A stretch of 63,135 nt of DNA, filler included, from Sphingomonadaceae bacterium (GTDB lineage Bacteria; Chloroflexota; UBA6077), in NCBI GenBank assembly GCA_050261575.1. It is 3 parts of 3 records of this genome, joined end to end, with 100 filler letters (N's around TTAATTAATTAA, not from the genome) between each part and the next. Parts side by side here need not be neighbours in the genome. Positions count along the whole stretch, not along the records: positions 29,026 to 59,705 come from JBLNDL010000052.1; 2 more parts are not named here. One strand, given 5' to 3'. The notes under the pieces were generated by a model, which saw only the letters and a list, made by a program, of their open reading frames with translations, was not told the origin of the DNA and searched no databases. This document shows positions 42,095-52,568 of this stretch, piece by piece. The position numbers and the translations under genes were made by a program. How positions within the stretch are numbered: position 1 is the first letter of the stretch; each line of letters starts with the position of its first letter.

Positions 42095-43789
42095 GTGCTT
42101 AGCGACCTGGAGATCGCCCAAGCGGCAAAGATGAAGCCCATCACCGAGATCGCGGCGGGACTTGGCCTGCTCGAAGACGAAGTAGAGCCCTACGGGAAGT
42201 ACAAGGCCAAGATCAGCCTCGACGTGCTGGAACGGCTGAAGGACAGACCCAACGGCAAGCTGATCGACGTGACCGCCATCACTCCGACCCCCCTCGGTGA
42301 GGGGAAGACCGTCACCACCATTGGACTCTCGCAAGCGCTGGGCTACATCGGCAAGAGGGTGTTCACCTGCATCCGCCAGCCGTCCCTCGGGCCTGTCTTC
42401 GGCATCAAGGGGGGTGCCGCCGGGGGTGGCTACTCGCAGGTGGTCCCGATGGAGGACTTCAATCTCCATCTGACCGGTGACGTTCACGCGGTGGGCGCAG
42501 CCCACAACTTGCTGGCCGCGTTTATCGACAACCACATCCACCACGGAAACGCGCTGGGGATCGATCCGTTCAGCATCACCTGGCCACGGGTGATGGACAT
42601 CAGCGACCGGGCGATGCGCCAGATCATCGTCGGTCTCGGGGGCAAGGACAACGGTCACCCCAGGCAGACCGGGTTCGACATCACCGTGGCCTCCGAGGTG
42701 ATGGCCATCCTCGCCCTCACCACCAGCCTCAAGGATCTGCGCGAGCGGCTGGGCAGGATCGTCGTCGGGCTGACCAAGGACGGCAAGGCTGTAACGGCAG
42801 AGGACCTGAAGTGCGCAGGCGCCATGGCCGTCCTCCTGAAGGACGCCATCAAGCCGAACCTGCTGCAGACGCTGGAGCACACCCCCGTCTTCGTGCACGC
42901 CGGCCCCTTCGCCAACATCGCTCACGGCAACAGCTCCATCCTGGCCGACCAGATCGCCCTGAAGCTGGCCGACTACGTCGTGACCGAGAGCGGCTTCGGT
43001 GCCGATATGGGCGCCGAGAAGTTCATGGACATCAAGTGCCGGTACAGCGGCGCCGTGCCCAGCGCCGTGGTGATGGTCTGCTCCATCCGCGCCCTCAAGA
43101 TGCACAGTGGCAAGTTCAGGGTGGTGGCCGGTAAGCCACTGGATCCGGGCCTGACCCAAGAGAACCTGCAGGCGGTGGCGGAGGGCTGCTCCAATCTGGA
43201 GAAGCAGATCGAGAACATGAAGCTGTTCGGCGTGCCGGTGGTGGTCGCCATCAACCGCTTCACGACCGACACCGACAACGAGATCAAGGTGGTGAAGGAG
43301 AAGGCACTCGCCGCCGGGGCCGAGGGCGCGTACGTCAGCGAGGTGTGGGCAAAGGGAGGCGCAGGCGGCGCCGAGCTTGCCGAAGCCGTAGTGAAGGCAG
43401 CCAGCAAGCCGAACAGCTTCCGCTTCCTCTACCCCCTGGATATGCCGATCAAGGAGAAGATCGAGACCATCGCCACGAAGATCTACGGCGCCGACGGGGT
43501 GGACTACCTGCCAGCCGCAGAGACGAAGATCAAGCGGTACACGGAGTTGGGCTTCGACAAGCTGCCCATCTGCATGGCGAAGACCCACCTCTCCCTCTCC
43601 CACGAGCCCAGTTGGAAGGGCCGGCCGCGTGGCTATCGCATCCCGATCAGGGACATCCGGGCCTCGGTGGGAGCCGGCTTCCTCTACCCGCTCCTGGGCG
43701 AGATGCGCACCATGCCGGGTCTCCCCTCGAGGCCGGCCGGAGAGCACGTGGACATCGACGAGGAGGGCAGGACCCTCGGGCTGTTCTAA
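42095..43789 (+). CDS. fhs: Formate--tetrahydrofolate ligase
   Basis: [63 protein letters not shown] start 42095. Confidence 0.97.
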   Translation: MLSDLEIAQAAKMKPITEIAAGLGLLEDEVEPYGKYKAKISLDVLERLKDRPNGKLIDVTAITPTPLGEGKTVTTIGLSQALGYIGKRVFTCIRQPSLGPVFGIKGGAAGGGYSQVVPMEDFNLHLTGDVHAVGAAHNLLAAFIDNHIHHGNALGIDPFSITWPRVMDISDRAMRQIIVGLGGKDNGHPRQTGFDITVASEVMAILALTTSLKDLRERLGRIVVGLTKDGKAVTAEDLKCAGAMAVLLKDAIKPNLLQTLEHTPVFVHAGPFANIAHGNSSILADQIALKLADYVVTESGFGADMGAEKFMDIKCRYSGAVPSAVVMVCSIRALKMHSGKFRVVAGKPLDPGLTQENLQAVAEGCSNLEKQIENMKLFGVPVVVAINRFTTDTDNEIKVVKEKALAAGAEGAYVSEVWAKGGAGGAELAEAVVKAASKPNSFRFLYPLDMPIKEKIETIATKIYGADGVDYLPAAETKIKRYTELGFDKLPICMAKTHLSLSHEPSWKGRPRGYRIPIRDIRASVGAGFLYPLLGEMRTMPGLPSRPAGEHVDIDEEGRTLGLF

Positions 43790-44470
43790 GGAGGTATCTC
43801 TGGATTGGGTGCTCGTTTCCCGCCAGAGATGTTGACGTGGACTGGGTACACCTGCTTGGTGGGGTCCGCTGGTTCACCTGGGGCCGGCAGCCTCTTGCCG
43901 GCCCCGCCCCTTCGCCCGGATCGATCCTGCGCTCGCACCACCCGTCGCCAGGAGCGCGGGTATTGACAACTGAAATATAATGCTGATAGGACGTCTGTAC
44001 ACCGCATAACCCCAGCAGGGTCTGCCAGGGCTGCCGACCAGGTCCCGGGGCCTCTCCAACGAGACGTGGAGGTGGGGAAGGGCAATGCCGAGACCCTCGA
44101 ATCCCTGGCGCGGGGATGACCCTGTCGCTCCTTTGCTGCTTTCCCAACTGCATATCGGTTACACAGTCAACCTGCGCCATCGTCTTTCAAAGGCGAGAGC
44201 GACCGGCCAGGTGCCGTGGTTGCCCGGGTGAGTGGACTGTGCTGGCCAGGCCGAGCCATCGGAGAAGTCGAGGCGAGGGAGCCTTTGCCAACCGGTGATA
44301 GGCCTGGGCGAGGGTCGCATGCCCTTGATGCACGGCGCTCCACCGGTGGTGGAAGGAGGTGGTCACCTCAGAGAGGCGAACATCATCCGGGTCTTGGCAT
44401 CTTCCCTGGTCTGTCTCGTCCCTTACTGCGTCGGTCTATACCAATCCGATTCGCGACAAGGAGTTAGACG

Positions 44471-45961
44471 ATGGCAACCTACGAGGGTGCGATCCCCGCT
44501 AAGCCCGTCAAAGAGGTGCCAGCGGGACACCTGCCAGCCTGGAAGGTCGTGGACCTGCCGGCTCCTCCGCCCTACAACTTCAAGAACGTCATCGCGATCA
44601 TCGGCCCCGGCACCATCCTGTTAGGCGTTTCCATCGGCAGCGGCGAGTGGTTGATGGGCCCCGCCGTCGCCACCACCTATGGTCCCACCCTCCTCTGGAT
44701 CGTCACCGTATCAGTCCTCCTCCAGCTCGCCCTCAACATGGAGATGCTCCGCTACACCGTTGCGACCGGCGAGCCGATCTGGACCGGATACATGCGGACG
44801 AGCCCTGGCCCCACGTTCTGGGGATGGCTCTACACCGTCATGGGGGCGCTGCAGATCGCCCTACCCGGCTGGGCAGCCACCTCCGCTACCGCCACCGCGG
44901 CCTTCATGCTAGGTAGGCTACCCGGTCCGGAGGATGCGGGCTTGGTCCTCACCTATGGCTACATCACCTTCGCGTTGGTGCTCGTCATCCTGGCTGTCGG
45001 CCGCAAGATCGAGCGGACGCTGGAGATCATCGAGACCATCATGGTGGTCGCGATCTTCTCCTATCTGCTGTTCGTGGACATCTTCCTGGTGTCCTTCGAC
45101 ACCTGGGCCAAGGTGCTGCCGGGCTTCGTGGCCTTCGGGGCCATGCCTCCCGGTGCCGACTGGCTGCTGCTGGGTGGCTTCGCCGCCTACTCCGGCGCCG
45201 GTGGCTGCATCAACGGCTTCCTCACCAACTGGTACCGCGACAAGGGCTTCGGTATGGGCTCCACGGTCGGCTACATCTCCGGCATGGTCGGCGGCGTGAA
45301 GGCCACACTCCGGCCGACGGGCAACATCTTCGAGCCCAATGAGAAGAACCTCGCCAACCTGAGGGAATGGTACCGCTATATCCGGTGGGACCAGTACGCC
45401 ATCTGGGCGGGCGGTGCCATCATCGGCATGGGCCTGACCATCACCCTCACCGTCCACTTCGTACCCTTCGGGACCAAGCTGTCCGGTCTCGCCATTGCCG
45501 CCTACCAGGCCGAGGGCATGGCCAGGATGGCCGGTCAGATCTTCTGGCCGTTGACCCTGATGATGAGCGCCTGGCTCCTGTTCAAGACCCAGCTCGGCAA
45601 CTCCGAGGGCTACGTCCGGATGATCACCGACATCGCCTGGACGGGCAGCGAGAGGGTGCGCAACTGGTCCGGCGGCGACGTCCGCAGGATCTACTACGCG
45701 ATCCTCGTCGTCTTCGCCCTGTGGGGCGCGGTGGCCCTCCAAATGACCGCTCCCTTCATGCTGGTGGTCCTGGGTGCCAACATGGCAGGTGTGATGTTCG
45801 TGTTCATGGGCATCCACACGGTGATCGTGAACCGCAAGTTCCTGCCAAGGGAGATCCAGGCACCGCTTTGGCGAGAAGTGCTGGTGATCATCAGCTCCTT
45901 CTTCTTCCTGTTCTTCGTGGTCGTAATCCTGCTGAACAGGTTCTTCGGCATGACCTTCTAG
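44471..45961 (+). CDS. Nramp-related (APC superfamily) membrane transporter
   Basis: IGPG..LLGVSIGSGEW, RYTVATGE, many hydrophobic segments; lacks the Nramp DPGN motif. Confidence 0.75.
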   Translation: MATYEGAIPAKPVKEVPAGHLPAWKVVDLPAPPPYNFKNVIAIIGPGTILLGVSIGSGEWLMGPAVATTYGPTLLWIVTVSVLLQLALNMEMLRYTVATGEPIWTGYMRTSPGPTFWGWLYTVMGALQIALPGWAATSATATAAFMLGRLPGPEDAGLVLTYGYITFALVLVILAVGRKIERTLEIIETIMVVAIFSYLLFVDIFLVSFDTWAKVLPGFVAFGAMPPGADWLLLGGFAAYSGAGGCINGFLTNWYRDKGFGMGSTVGYISGMVGGVKATLRPTGNIFEPNEKNLANLREWYRYIRWDQYAIWAGGAIIGMGLTITLTVHFVPFGTKLSGLAIAAYQAEGMARMAGQIFWPLTLMMSAWLLFKTQLGNSEGYVRMITDIAWTGSERVRNWSGGDVRRIYYAILVVFALWGAVALQMTAPFMLVVLGANMAGVMFVFMGIHTVIVNRKFLPREIQAPLWREVLVIISSFFFLFFVVVILLNRFFGMTF

Positions 45962-46036
45962 CTCGATGAGGCCGAAGGGCCTCAAGGTCGGCCCCCTCCC
46001 CCGCGATGCGGGGGAGGGGGCAGGGATGGAGACTCT

Positions 46037-46255
46037 ATGACCAGGTCGGTTATGTCCAGGCCGATGATGTTCCTCGTCGCGACGGTGTACGGTGCTTCCT
46101 GGATCGTGGGGCCGCTGAACCTGCTGGCGTTCGTCCTCAACGCCCTGGAGCTGAAGAACCCCATCGGCTTCATCCCGATGATCGTCGTGCCCTTCGGCAT
46201 CATCCTCCAGGTTCACTACCGACTCGGGTGGTTCCCCTTCCGGCCACGACCTTAG
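46037..46255 (+). CDS. Small membrane protein
   Basis: 72 aa with two hydrophobic segments; GGAG RBS upstream. Confidence 0.55.
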   Translation: MTRSVMSRPMMFLVATVYGASWIVGPLNLLAFVLNALELKNPIGFIPMIVVPFGIILQVHYRLGWFPFRPRP

Positions 46256-46304
46256 GAACGGCGTTCCAGAGGCGGGGATCCCCACATGCAGGGGGCGCGT
46301 TCCG

Positions 46305-47882
46305 CTAGGAGCGCCCCAACCTGCGTCGCACCATGGCCATCATCGTCAGCAGCTCCTGGGAGTTCATGGCGTAGGAGAGGCCGGCGTAGACGGTGGCGCC
46401 CGCAACGACCGAGAGCCCCACCTGGATCAACTGACCCGAGACGCTGGCGAGATCCACCGTGAGCCGCAGGTAGTCCGCGACGGCCGCCGCCACCAGCCCC
46501 TGCGCGACCCCCCAGAAGGTGAAGACGGCCACTGGGAACCCCAGAGTGGCCAGCCCCATCCCTTCCAGACGCCGCCCCAGCAGCACGATCAGGATCCCGC
46601 CTTCGGTGAGCCCCGCCAGTGCGTTGGCCAGCGCGAGCCCACCGAACGAGAGGTGGGACATGAGCAACAGGGAGAGAGCCACATTCAGCAGAAACGCCAG
46701 GAAGGCCACCGACACGGGGGTCCTGGTGTCGTGCAGCGCGTAGAATGCCCGATCCACGATCTCGACCGTCGCCTGCCCCACCAGCCCGAGGGCGAAGAAG
46801 GAGAGGGCGTACGCAGTCGCCCTCGTCGCCTCGGGGGTGAAATCGCCGTGCTGGAGCAGCAGGCGCACGATCGGTTCGCCCAGCACGATCAACCCCACGC
46901 TCGCCGGAATGGTCAGGTAGAGGATCAGTCTCAGGGTGGAGACGACGGTTCGCTTCAGGGCCTCCAACTGCTCGAGGGCGCTCTGCTCCGCGAGGGTGGG
47001 AAACACCGCGGTGGAGATGGCCATGGCGAAGACGCCGAGGGGCAGCATGGCGAGCATCCACGCGTAGTCCAGATAGGCGAGGCTCCCTTCCTCCAGATTC
47101 GAGGCGAGGACCACGTTCACGAGGTAGTTGATCTGGACCACCCCGAGGCCGAGGGTGCGCGGCACCATCAGACGGCCAACCTCTCGCACCCCCTCGTGGG
47201 CCAGGTCCAGCACCGGGCGGAACTCCATCCGCTCCAGCACCAGCCCCGGGATCTGCACCAGCAGATGGAACAGCGCGCCCAAGGCAGCCCCGATCGCCAG
47301 GCCGTACACGCCGATGCGCGGGCCGAGCAGCAGCGCCCCGGCGATGATGGAGAGGTTGTACATCATGGGTGCCAGGGAGGCCAGCAGGAAGCGGCTAAAG
47401 GAGTTGAGGATGCTGGCCACGAAAGTGCTGACGGCGAAGAGCACCGGCGAGAATAGGAGAATGCGTGCCAGGCTGGCTGCCAGTCGCTGGCTTGGCTCGT
47501 CCCAACCAGGCGTGATCAGCCCCATCACCTGAGGTGCGAACACCATTAGAAGGATGGAGATGGGTGTCATGACCGCAGCCGCGATCGTGATGAGGGAGCT
47601 GGCAAGTCGCCAGGCGCGCCCCATGTCGCCGCGCGCCAGGTACGCGGCGAACACCGGAATGAAAGCCGAGGCCACGGCGCCGCCGGCAAGCACCTGGAAC
47701 AGTGTGTCGGAGACTCGGATGGCCGCCAGATACGCCTCGTACTCTCGGCTGTCCGCGAATTGGCTGCTGATGGCCATGGTGCGAGCCAGTCCCAGCACCC
47801 GGCTGCCCACGAAGCCGGCCATCAGGATGATGGCCCCTAGGGCAAGGCTGCGCTTCCTTCGGACGGCTTCAGCTTTGGACAT
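46305..47882 (-). CDS. murJ: Lipid II flippase MurJ (MviN)
   Basis: SRVLGLAR, SAFIPVF, LPLGVFAMAISTAVFP, RAFYALHDTRTP. ATG 47882. Confidence 0.92.
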   Translation of the reverse strand: MSKAEAVRRKRSLALGAIILMAGFVGSRVLGLARTMAISSQFADSREYEAYLAAIRVSDTLFQVLAGGAVASAFIPVFAAYLARGDMGRAWRLASSLITIAAAVMTPISILLMVFAPQVMGLITPGWDEPSQRLAASLARILLFSPVLFAVSTFVASILNSFSRFLLASLAPMMYNLSIIAGALLLGPRIGVYGLAIGAALGALFHLLVQIPGLVLERMEFRPVLDLAHEGVREVGRLMVPRTLGLGVVQINYLVNVVLASNLEEGSLAYLDYAWMLAMLPLGVFAMAISTAVFPTLAEQSALEQLEALKRTVVSTLRLILYLTIPASVGLIVLGEPIVRLLLQHGDFTPEATRATAYALSFFALGLVGQATVEIVDRAFYALHDTRTPVSVAFLAFLLNVALSLLLMSHLSFGGLALANALAGLTEGGILIVLLGRRLEGMGLATLGFPVAVFTFWGVAQGLVAAAVADYLRLTVDLASVSGQLIQVGLSVVAGATVYAGLSYAMNSQELLTMMAMVRRRLGRS

Positions 47883-48495
47883 AGCTGGACCGTGGCGGCA
47901 AGGCCATGAGGGAGACCGCCGCCGTGGCAGCGGTGGCGCCACTCCGCAGGAAAGGCATCGAGAGCAGCAAGTACGCCGCGTTGAGGAGCGTGTAGGCCAG
48001 CACCACCTGCTGGGTGCTCGGGCCAAGGTCGCCGGCACGAAGCACCAGGAAGGCATCGCTGGAGTTGCCCAGGGCGAAGAGCATGCTCACCCCCAGGAAG
48101 ACCCAGTAGCCCCCGGCGGGCGCGAAGTGGGAAGCCTTCTCGCCGCGCCTCTCCCCACATCCCCGTCCCGTCTCTCCCACGAGCCCGATCAGCAGCAGCG
48201 ACGCGATGCCGGGGATGAAGGCCAGGGCAAAGACGAGCCTCAGATCTCCCCCCAACAGACCCAGGACGCAGAAGGCAAGAAGCGGACCGAAAACGGCGCC
48301 CAGGGTGTCCACCGAGCGGTGGAAGCCGAACGGCCGCCCCAGGTTCTCCACGGTGCGGGACTCCGCACTGACGTCGGTGAACAGGCGTGCCAGCCCGGGC
48401 ACGCAGACGTCGCGGCTCACCCCAGGCACGAGCGAGCGCACGGTAGCGGCCGAAGGGGCATCGCAATGCACGCCGAACGACGGCGCCCGTTTCAT
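47869..48495 (-). pseudogene. Truncated MFS transporter fragment
   Basis: GRPFGFHRSVDTLGAVFGPL and LFALGNSSDAFLVLRA are MFS motifs, but only about 200 aa remain. Confidence 0.65.
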
Positions 48496-48600
48496 CGCAG
48501 AGACGCCTCCATAGAGAGGGGATCACCGCTGCGGGAGGTGTGGCAGACAGGTGAAGCATATCACAACGGGGCGCCTCGGTGGCGGGCCGGAGGGCAGCCG

Positions 48601-49362
48601 CTACACCACCCCAGTGTCGACCTTGCCCAGCTTGAGGATGCGTGCGGCCACGGCCTCGTGGGCCCGGTTCTCCAGAGTGTCGTCCAGCGGGGCCAGCCGC
48701 TGAGAGTCGCCGTAGCGGCGGCGCAGCGCCGTCAGGAGGAGGTGGTCGGTGAACCAGGGATTCTTGGGCAACAGGGAGCCGTGGAGGTAGCACCCGAACG
48801 CGTTGCGATAGATGGCGCCCTCCGTCCCGTCCTCCCCGTTGTTGCCGAAGCCGGAGAGAACCCGACCCATCGGCCGGCAGCCCGGGCCCAGGTAGCTCTT
48901 GCCACTGTGGTTCTCGAAGCCCACCAGGGTGCGTGGCTCGCCCGTGAAGTCGCACATCACCAGCACGTTGCCGATGCAGCGCCTGTCGCCCGCCTCGGTC
49001 CAGGCGTCGAAGAGACCGATGCCATCCAGCCTCTCCCCCGTGTGAGTGAGGAAGTACTTCCCCAGCAGTTGATAGCCGCCGCAGATGCTGAGGAGGACGC
49101 CGCCGTCCTCCACGAAGCTGTGCACCGCCGGGGCCTGTACCGACCGGAAGTCGTCGGCCACGAGGGTCTGCTCCTTGTCCTGCCCCCCGCCGAAGAAGAC
49201 CAGGTCGCACCGGTCGGCATCCAGCCGGTCACCGAGGGTCACCGGGACCACCTCCACATCGATCCCCCGCCAACGAGCCCGTTGGACGAGTGAGATGATG
49301 TTTCCCCGATCCCCGTAGATGTTCATCAGATCCGGATAGAGGTGACAGAGGGTGAGTCTCAT
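48601..49362 (-). CDS. gatD: Lipid II isoglutaminyl synthase glutaminase subunit (CobQ-like)
   Basis: HLYPDLMNIYGDRGN, GGGQD, ICGGYQLLG, GFENHSG, YLHGSLLPKNP. Confidence 0.92.
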   Translation of the reverse strand: MRLTLCHLYPDLMNIYGDRGNIISLVQRARWRGIDVEVVPVTLGDRLDADRCDLVFFGGGQDKEQTLVADDFRSVQAPAVHSFVEDGGVLLSICGGYQLLGKYFLTHTGERLDGIGLFDAWTEAGDRRCIGNVLVMCDFTGEPRTLVGFENHSGKSYLGPGCRPMGRVLSGFGNNGEDGTEGAIYRNAFGCYLHGSLLPKNPWFTDHLLLTALRRRYGDSQRLAPLDDTLENRAHEAVAARILKLGKVDTGVV

Positions 49363-49458
49363 TTCGATGAGTCCTGTGTCCTATGTCCTGGGAGGATCGT
49401 GGCCGATCGTCAAGTCCTCAGAGCCCAGGACTTGGGACTGAACTGCTGATGGCTTGTC

Positions 49459-50847
49459 TCAATCCTCCCAGAAGGGGGGGAGCTGCCCGGCTTCCGCCAG
49501 TCTCCCCCTCACTTCCAGCATGGCTGTGTAGGTCGGTAACAGGTAGAGCGTATCGCCCTCCGCGGTCTCCTGCAGCGCCCGCTGGAGGGCCCGAGAGCTG
49601 TCCCCCTCCACGGCGATCCTCTGGGGATCGACCCCGGCGTACTTCAGTCGCACCGCCATGTCCTCGGCTCGCAGGCCCGAGGCGACGGCGAAGCGCACCC
49701 GCCCCGCCAGCATCTCGAAGTCCACGTCCCATAGCCAGGAGACGTCGGTCCCGTCGGCGAACAGGTCGTTGATGACGATCATCAGCCGCTTTTCGCCCGG
49801 CTCAGCCAGGATCGTCGAGAGGACCTGGTTGAAGCCCACCGGATTCTTGACAAGCGCCAGGAAGAGCCGCCTCCCCTGGATCTCGACCCGTTCGACCCGC
49901 CCGAAGGCGGCCGAGAACTCGCCGAGACCGACCCGGATCGTCTCCAGGTCCACTCCCATGGCAGCCCCCACCCCAACCGCCGCCAGGGCGTTGTAGACGT
50001 TGTAGAGGCCGGGGATGCGCAGTTGCAGCTCCACGCCCCCGGCTGGGCCCTCCACCTGCAGCCGGGTGCCCTCGGTGCCCAGCAGCCGGCAGCTCACTGC
50101 CCGCCAGTGCGGGGCGGGTCGGGCCACGCCGCAGGAAGGGCAGTGGTAGTGGCCGAGATGGCTGTAGAAGACGAGGGGGTAGCTGTAGGGGGCGCCGCAC
50201 CGGATGCAGAAGCGGGAGTCGGCCGCATGGGACAGGGAGGCCCCGCCGATCGAGGGGTCCTCGATGCCGTAGTAGAGGACCCGGCAGGCCACCCCCTCGC
50301 CAAGGCCGGCGATCCGGGGATCGTCGACGTTCAGCAGCACGGTGGAGGAGGGAGGCAGCATCGACAGGGTCTCTCGCCACAGCCGTGAGAGGTAGTCCAC
50401 CTCCCCGTATCGATCGAGCTGATCCCGAAACAGGTTGGTCAGCACGCACAATCGGGGTTGGAGCTGCCGCACCGCCGCGGGGAAGGCGGCCTCGTCCACC
50501 TCGAAGAGCCCCACGTCCCCCATCGGGCGTCCTGCCAGGGTGGAGTGGTTGACGAGGGCGGAGGCGATGCCAGCCATCAGGTTGGCCCCGGATCGGTTGT
50601 GCATCACCCGCAGCCCCGCCTTCCGCAAGAGGGTGGAGATCATGCGGGTGGTGGTCGTCTTCCCGTTGGTACCGGTGACCACAATGGAGCCACGAGAGAT
50701 GCGCGCGGCGATGCTGGAGACGGCGCTCGGGTCCAGCACCCTCACCAGGTGGCCGGGCGCCGTGGTGCCTCCTCCGACGCCGAGACGCCGACTGAGGACG
50801 GTGGCTAGCCGGCCGGCCGCCACTGCCGCCGTCAATCGCGGGCGCAT
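49459..50847 (-). CDS. murT: Lipid II isoglutaminyl synthase ligase subunit
   Basis: TGTNGKTTT, EVDE, NLFRDQLDRYGE, two CxxC, LVKNPVG, ADGTDVSWLWDVDFE, TYTAM. Confidence 0.92.
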   Translation of the reverse strand: MRPRLTAAVAAGRLATVLSRRLGVGGGTTAPGHLVRVLDPSAVSSIAARISRGSIVVTGTNGKTTTTRMISTLLRKAGLRVMHNRSGANLMAGIASALVNHSTLAGRPMGDVGLFEVDEAAFPAAVRQLQPRLCVLTNLFRDQLDRYGEVDYLSRLWRETLSMLPPSSTVLLNVDDPRIAGLGEGVACRVLYYGIEDPSIGGASLSHAADSRFCIRCGAPYSYPLVFYSHLGHYHCPSCGVARPAPHWRAVSCRLLGTEGTRLQVEGPAGGVELQLRIPGLYNVYNALAAVGVGAAMGVDLETIRVGLGEFSAAFGRVERVEIQGRRLFLALVKNPVGFNQVLSTILAEPGEKRLMIVINDLFADGTDVSWLWDVDFEMLAGRVRFAVASGLRAEDMAVRLKYAGVDPQRIAVEGDSSRALQRALQETAEGDTLYLLPTYTAMLEVRGRLAEAGQLPPFWED

Positions 50848-51083
50848 AGCCTACCCCCAAGAGAACTTGACAGATGATAGACCATCGGCTGGACGTGAGC
50901 AAGAACAGGGCCGGGCGGGGCCTTCCCGAGGTTGGCGCGCCCGTCATGCCTCGGCTCACTCAGCGTTCCCTCGATGCGGAGATGGTTCGCTGGCGCGCAG
51001 GATGATACCACGAAGGCCCCACGAGGCAGGTCGAGTGGCTGGACGACACGCGGTGGCACTGCTATCATGGGGTTGAGGATGCA

Positions 51084-52133
51084 ATGATCTTTCGTTACGG
51101 CAGTTCAAGACAGGACACTGTGATGAAAGATGCGAGCATTGTCGCTAAGACCCACCAGCCTCCTGCCGAGCCAACCGGTCTCGACACGACGAACCGCGCG
51201 TCCCCCTGGAGATCGAGGGTCCTGGTGTCCGGCCTGGCGCTGGGAGGCTTGGGAGCGGGTATCGTCGGCGTCTCGGCCTACGCGGCGCTGCGCCTCTCAC
51301 GGCCCCGCCGCACCAACAGTCTAGACCACCCTCCCACGGGCAGCTTCGAGCAGGTAACCTTCCCCTCTACCGATGGACTGTGGCTCAGTGGCTGGTTTCT
51401 CCCCGCGCCAGGCTCGGGCAGCACCGTCATCCTCTGCCACGGCTTCCAGACGGGGCGCAGGGAGATGCTGCCCGTCGCCCTGGCGCTGCGGGAGCGAGGC
51501 CACCACGTGCTGCTCTTCGACTTTAGAGGTCACGGCGAGAGCCAAGGGCGTTGGAGCTCCTGCGGGGCGCTGGAAACCAGGGACCTGGAGGGAGCGGTAC
51601 GCTACCTCCGCAGCCGACCGGACCTGGAGGGGACGCGCATCGGGGTGCTCGGCTTCTCCATGGGGGCAGCGGTGGCCATCCTCGCCGCCGCGCGGGTGAC
51701 GGAGATAGAGGCAGTGGTCGCCGATAGCGCCTTCGCCACACTCGAGGAGGCAGTAGCCGCCACCCTGTGCGGCGGCTACCATCTCCCGCGCTATCCGGTG
51801 GTGGAACTGGCCCTCTGGCTGGCGCAGAGGATTACGGGGACCAGGGTGAACGACGTCAGGCCGGTGGATGCCATCCCCCACCTGGCACCGAGACCCATCC
51901 TTCTGATCCACGGGGTGGAGGACAAGGTGGTGCCCCTATCGGAGGCGTACCTGCTCTACGAGGCGGCAGGGGAGGCCCGGGAGCTGTGGACGGTTCCCGG
52001 GGCAGATCACGTGGGCGCCCGCACGGTCGACTTCCAGGGATACCTGGAGCGGGTGGACGGCTTCCTCAAGAGGCAACTGTGTCGGGAACCGGCCGATGCC
52101 GCCCACGCCATACAAGGCCAAGCGCATTCCTGA
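51084..52133 (+). CDS. Alpha/beta hydrolase with N-terminal membrane anchor
   Basis: LCHG, FDFRGHGES, GFSMG nucleophile elbow, IHGVED, GADH. Confidence 0.88.
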   Translation: MIFRYGSSRQDTVMKDASIVAKTHQPPAEPTGLDTTNRASPWRSRVLVSGLALGGLGAGIVGVSAYAALRLSRPRRTNSLDHPPTGSFEQVTFPSTDGLWLSGWFLPAPGSGSTVILCHGFQTGRREMLPVALALRERGHHVLLFDFRGHGESQGRWSSCGALETRDLEGAVRYLRSRPDLEGTRIGVLGFSMGAAVAILAAARVTEIEAVVADSAFATLEEAVAATLCGGYHLPRYPVVELALWLAQRITGTRVNDVRPVDAIPHLAPRPILLIHGVEDKVVPLSEAYLLYEAAGEARELWTVPGADHVGARTVDFQGYLERVDGFLKRQLCREPADAAHAIQGQAHS

Positions 52134-52190
52134 TCGGCAGCCTGCGACGCCGCCAGAGTCGGGAGAACCCCGCCCCCCGATCGGTCGAGG

Positions 52191-52568
52191 CTACAGCAGC
52201 TTCTCGGCCTGCGACCAAAGCCGACGATAGTCCTCGAAGCTGAGAAGAGAGGGCACCCGGTCCCGAGGCACGACCACGGTGTCCCGGTTCAGGTGGTCCT
52301 GCCAGTCGGGCAGACGGCGGATGGCTCGCATCAGGAACATGGTGACCCGGTAGTCGTCGCCCTGATAGTGGAAACAGACCTCTCCCAACGGCGCGACGAT
52401 CTCGGCCTCCAGGCCAACCTCCTCCTCCACCTCTCGCCGGGCGGTCTCCTCAGCGGATTCGCCCGGCTCCAGGTGGCCCTTTGGGAAGAGATACTCGCCC
52501 TTGGGGGTGCGCCGGAGGACCACCTGATCCCCCAACAGCACGATGCCGCCGGCCTGCCGTACTACCAC
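52191..52568 (-). CDS. NUDIX hydrolase
   Basis: FPKGHLEPGESAEETARREVEEEVG Nudix box. Confidence 0.9.
   Translation of the reverse strand: MVVRQAGGIVLLGDQVVLRRTPKGEYLFPKGHLEPGESAEETARREVEEEVGLEAEIVAPLGEVCFHYQGDDYRVTMFLMRAIRRLPDWQDHLNRDTVVVPRDRVPSLLSFEDYRRLWSQAEKLL

Noticed and set aside
40063..43747. Long antisense ORFs (653 aa and 626 aa; also 23973-25589, 47554-49293, 59864-61648)
   Set aside because: Stop-poor shadows of real genes in high-GC DNA with no recognisable motifs.
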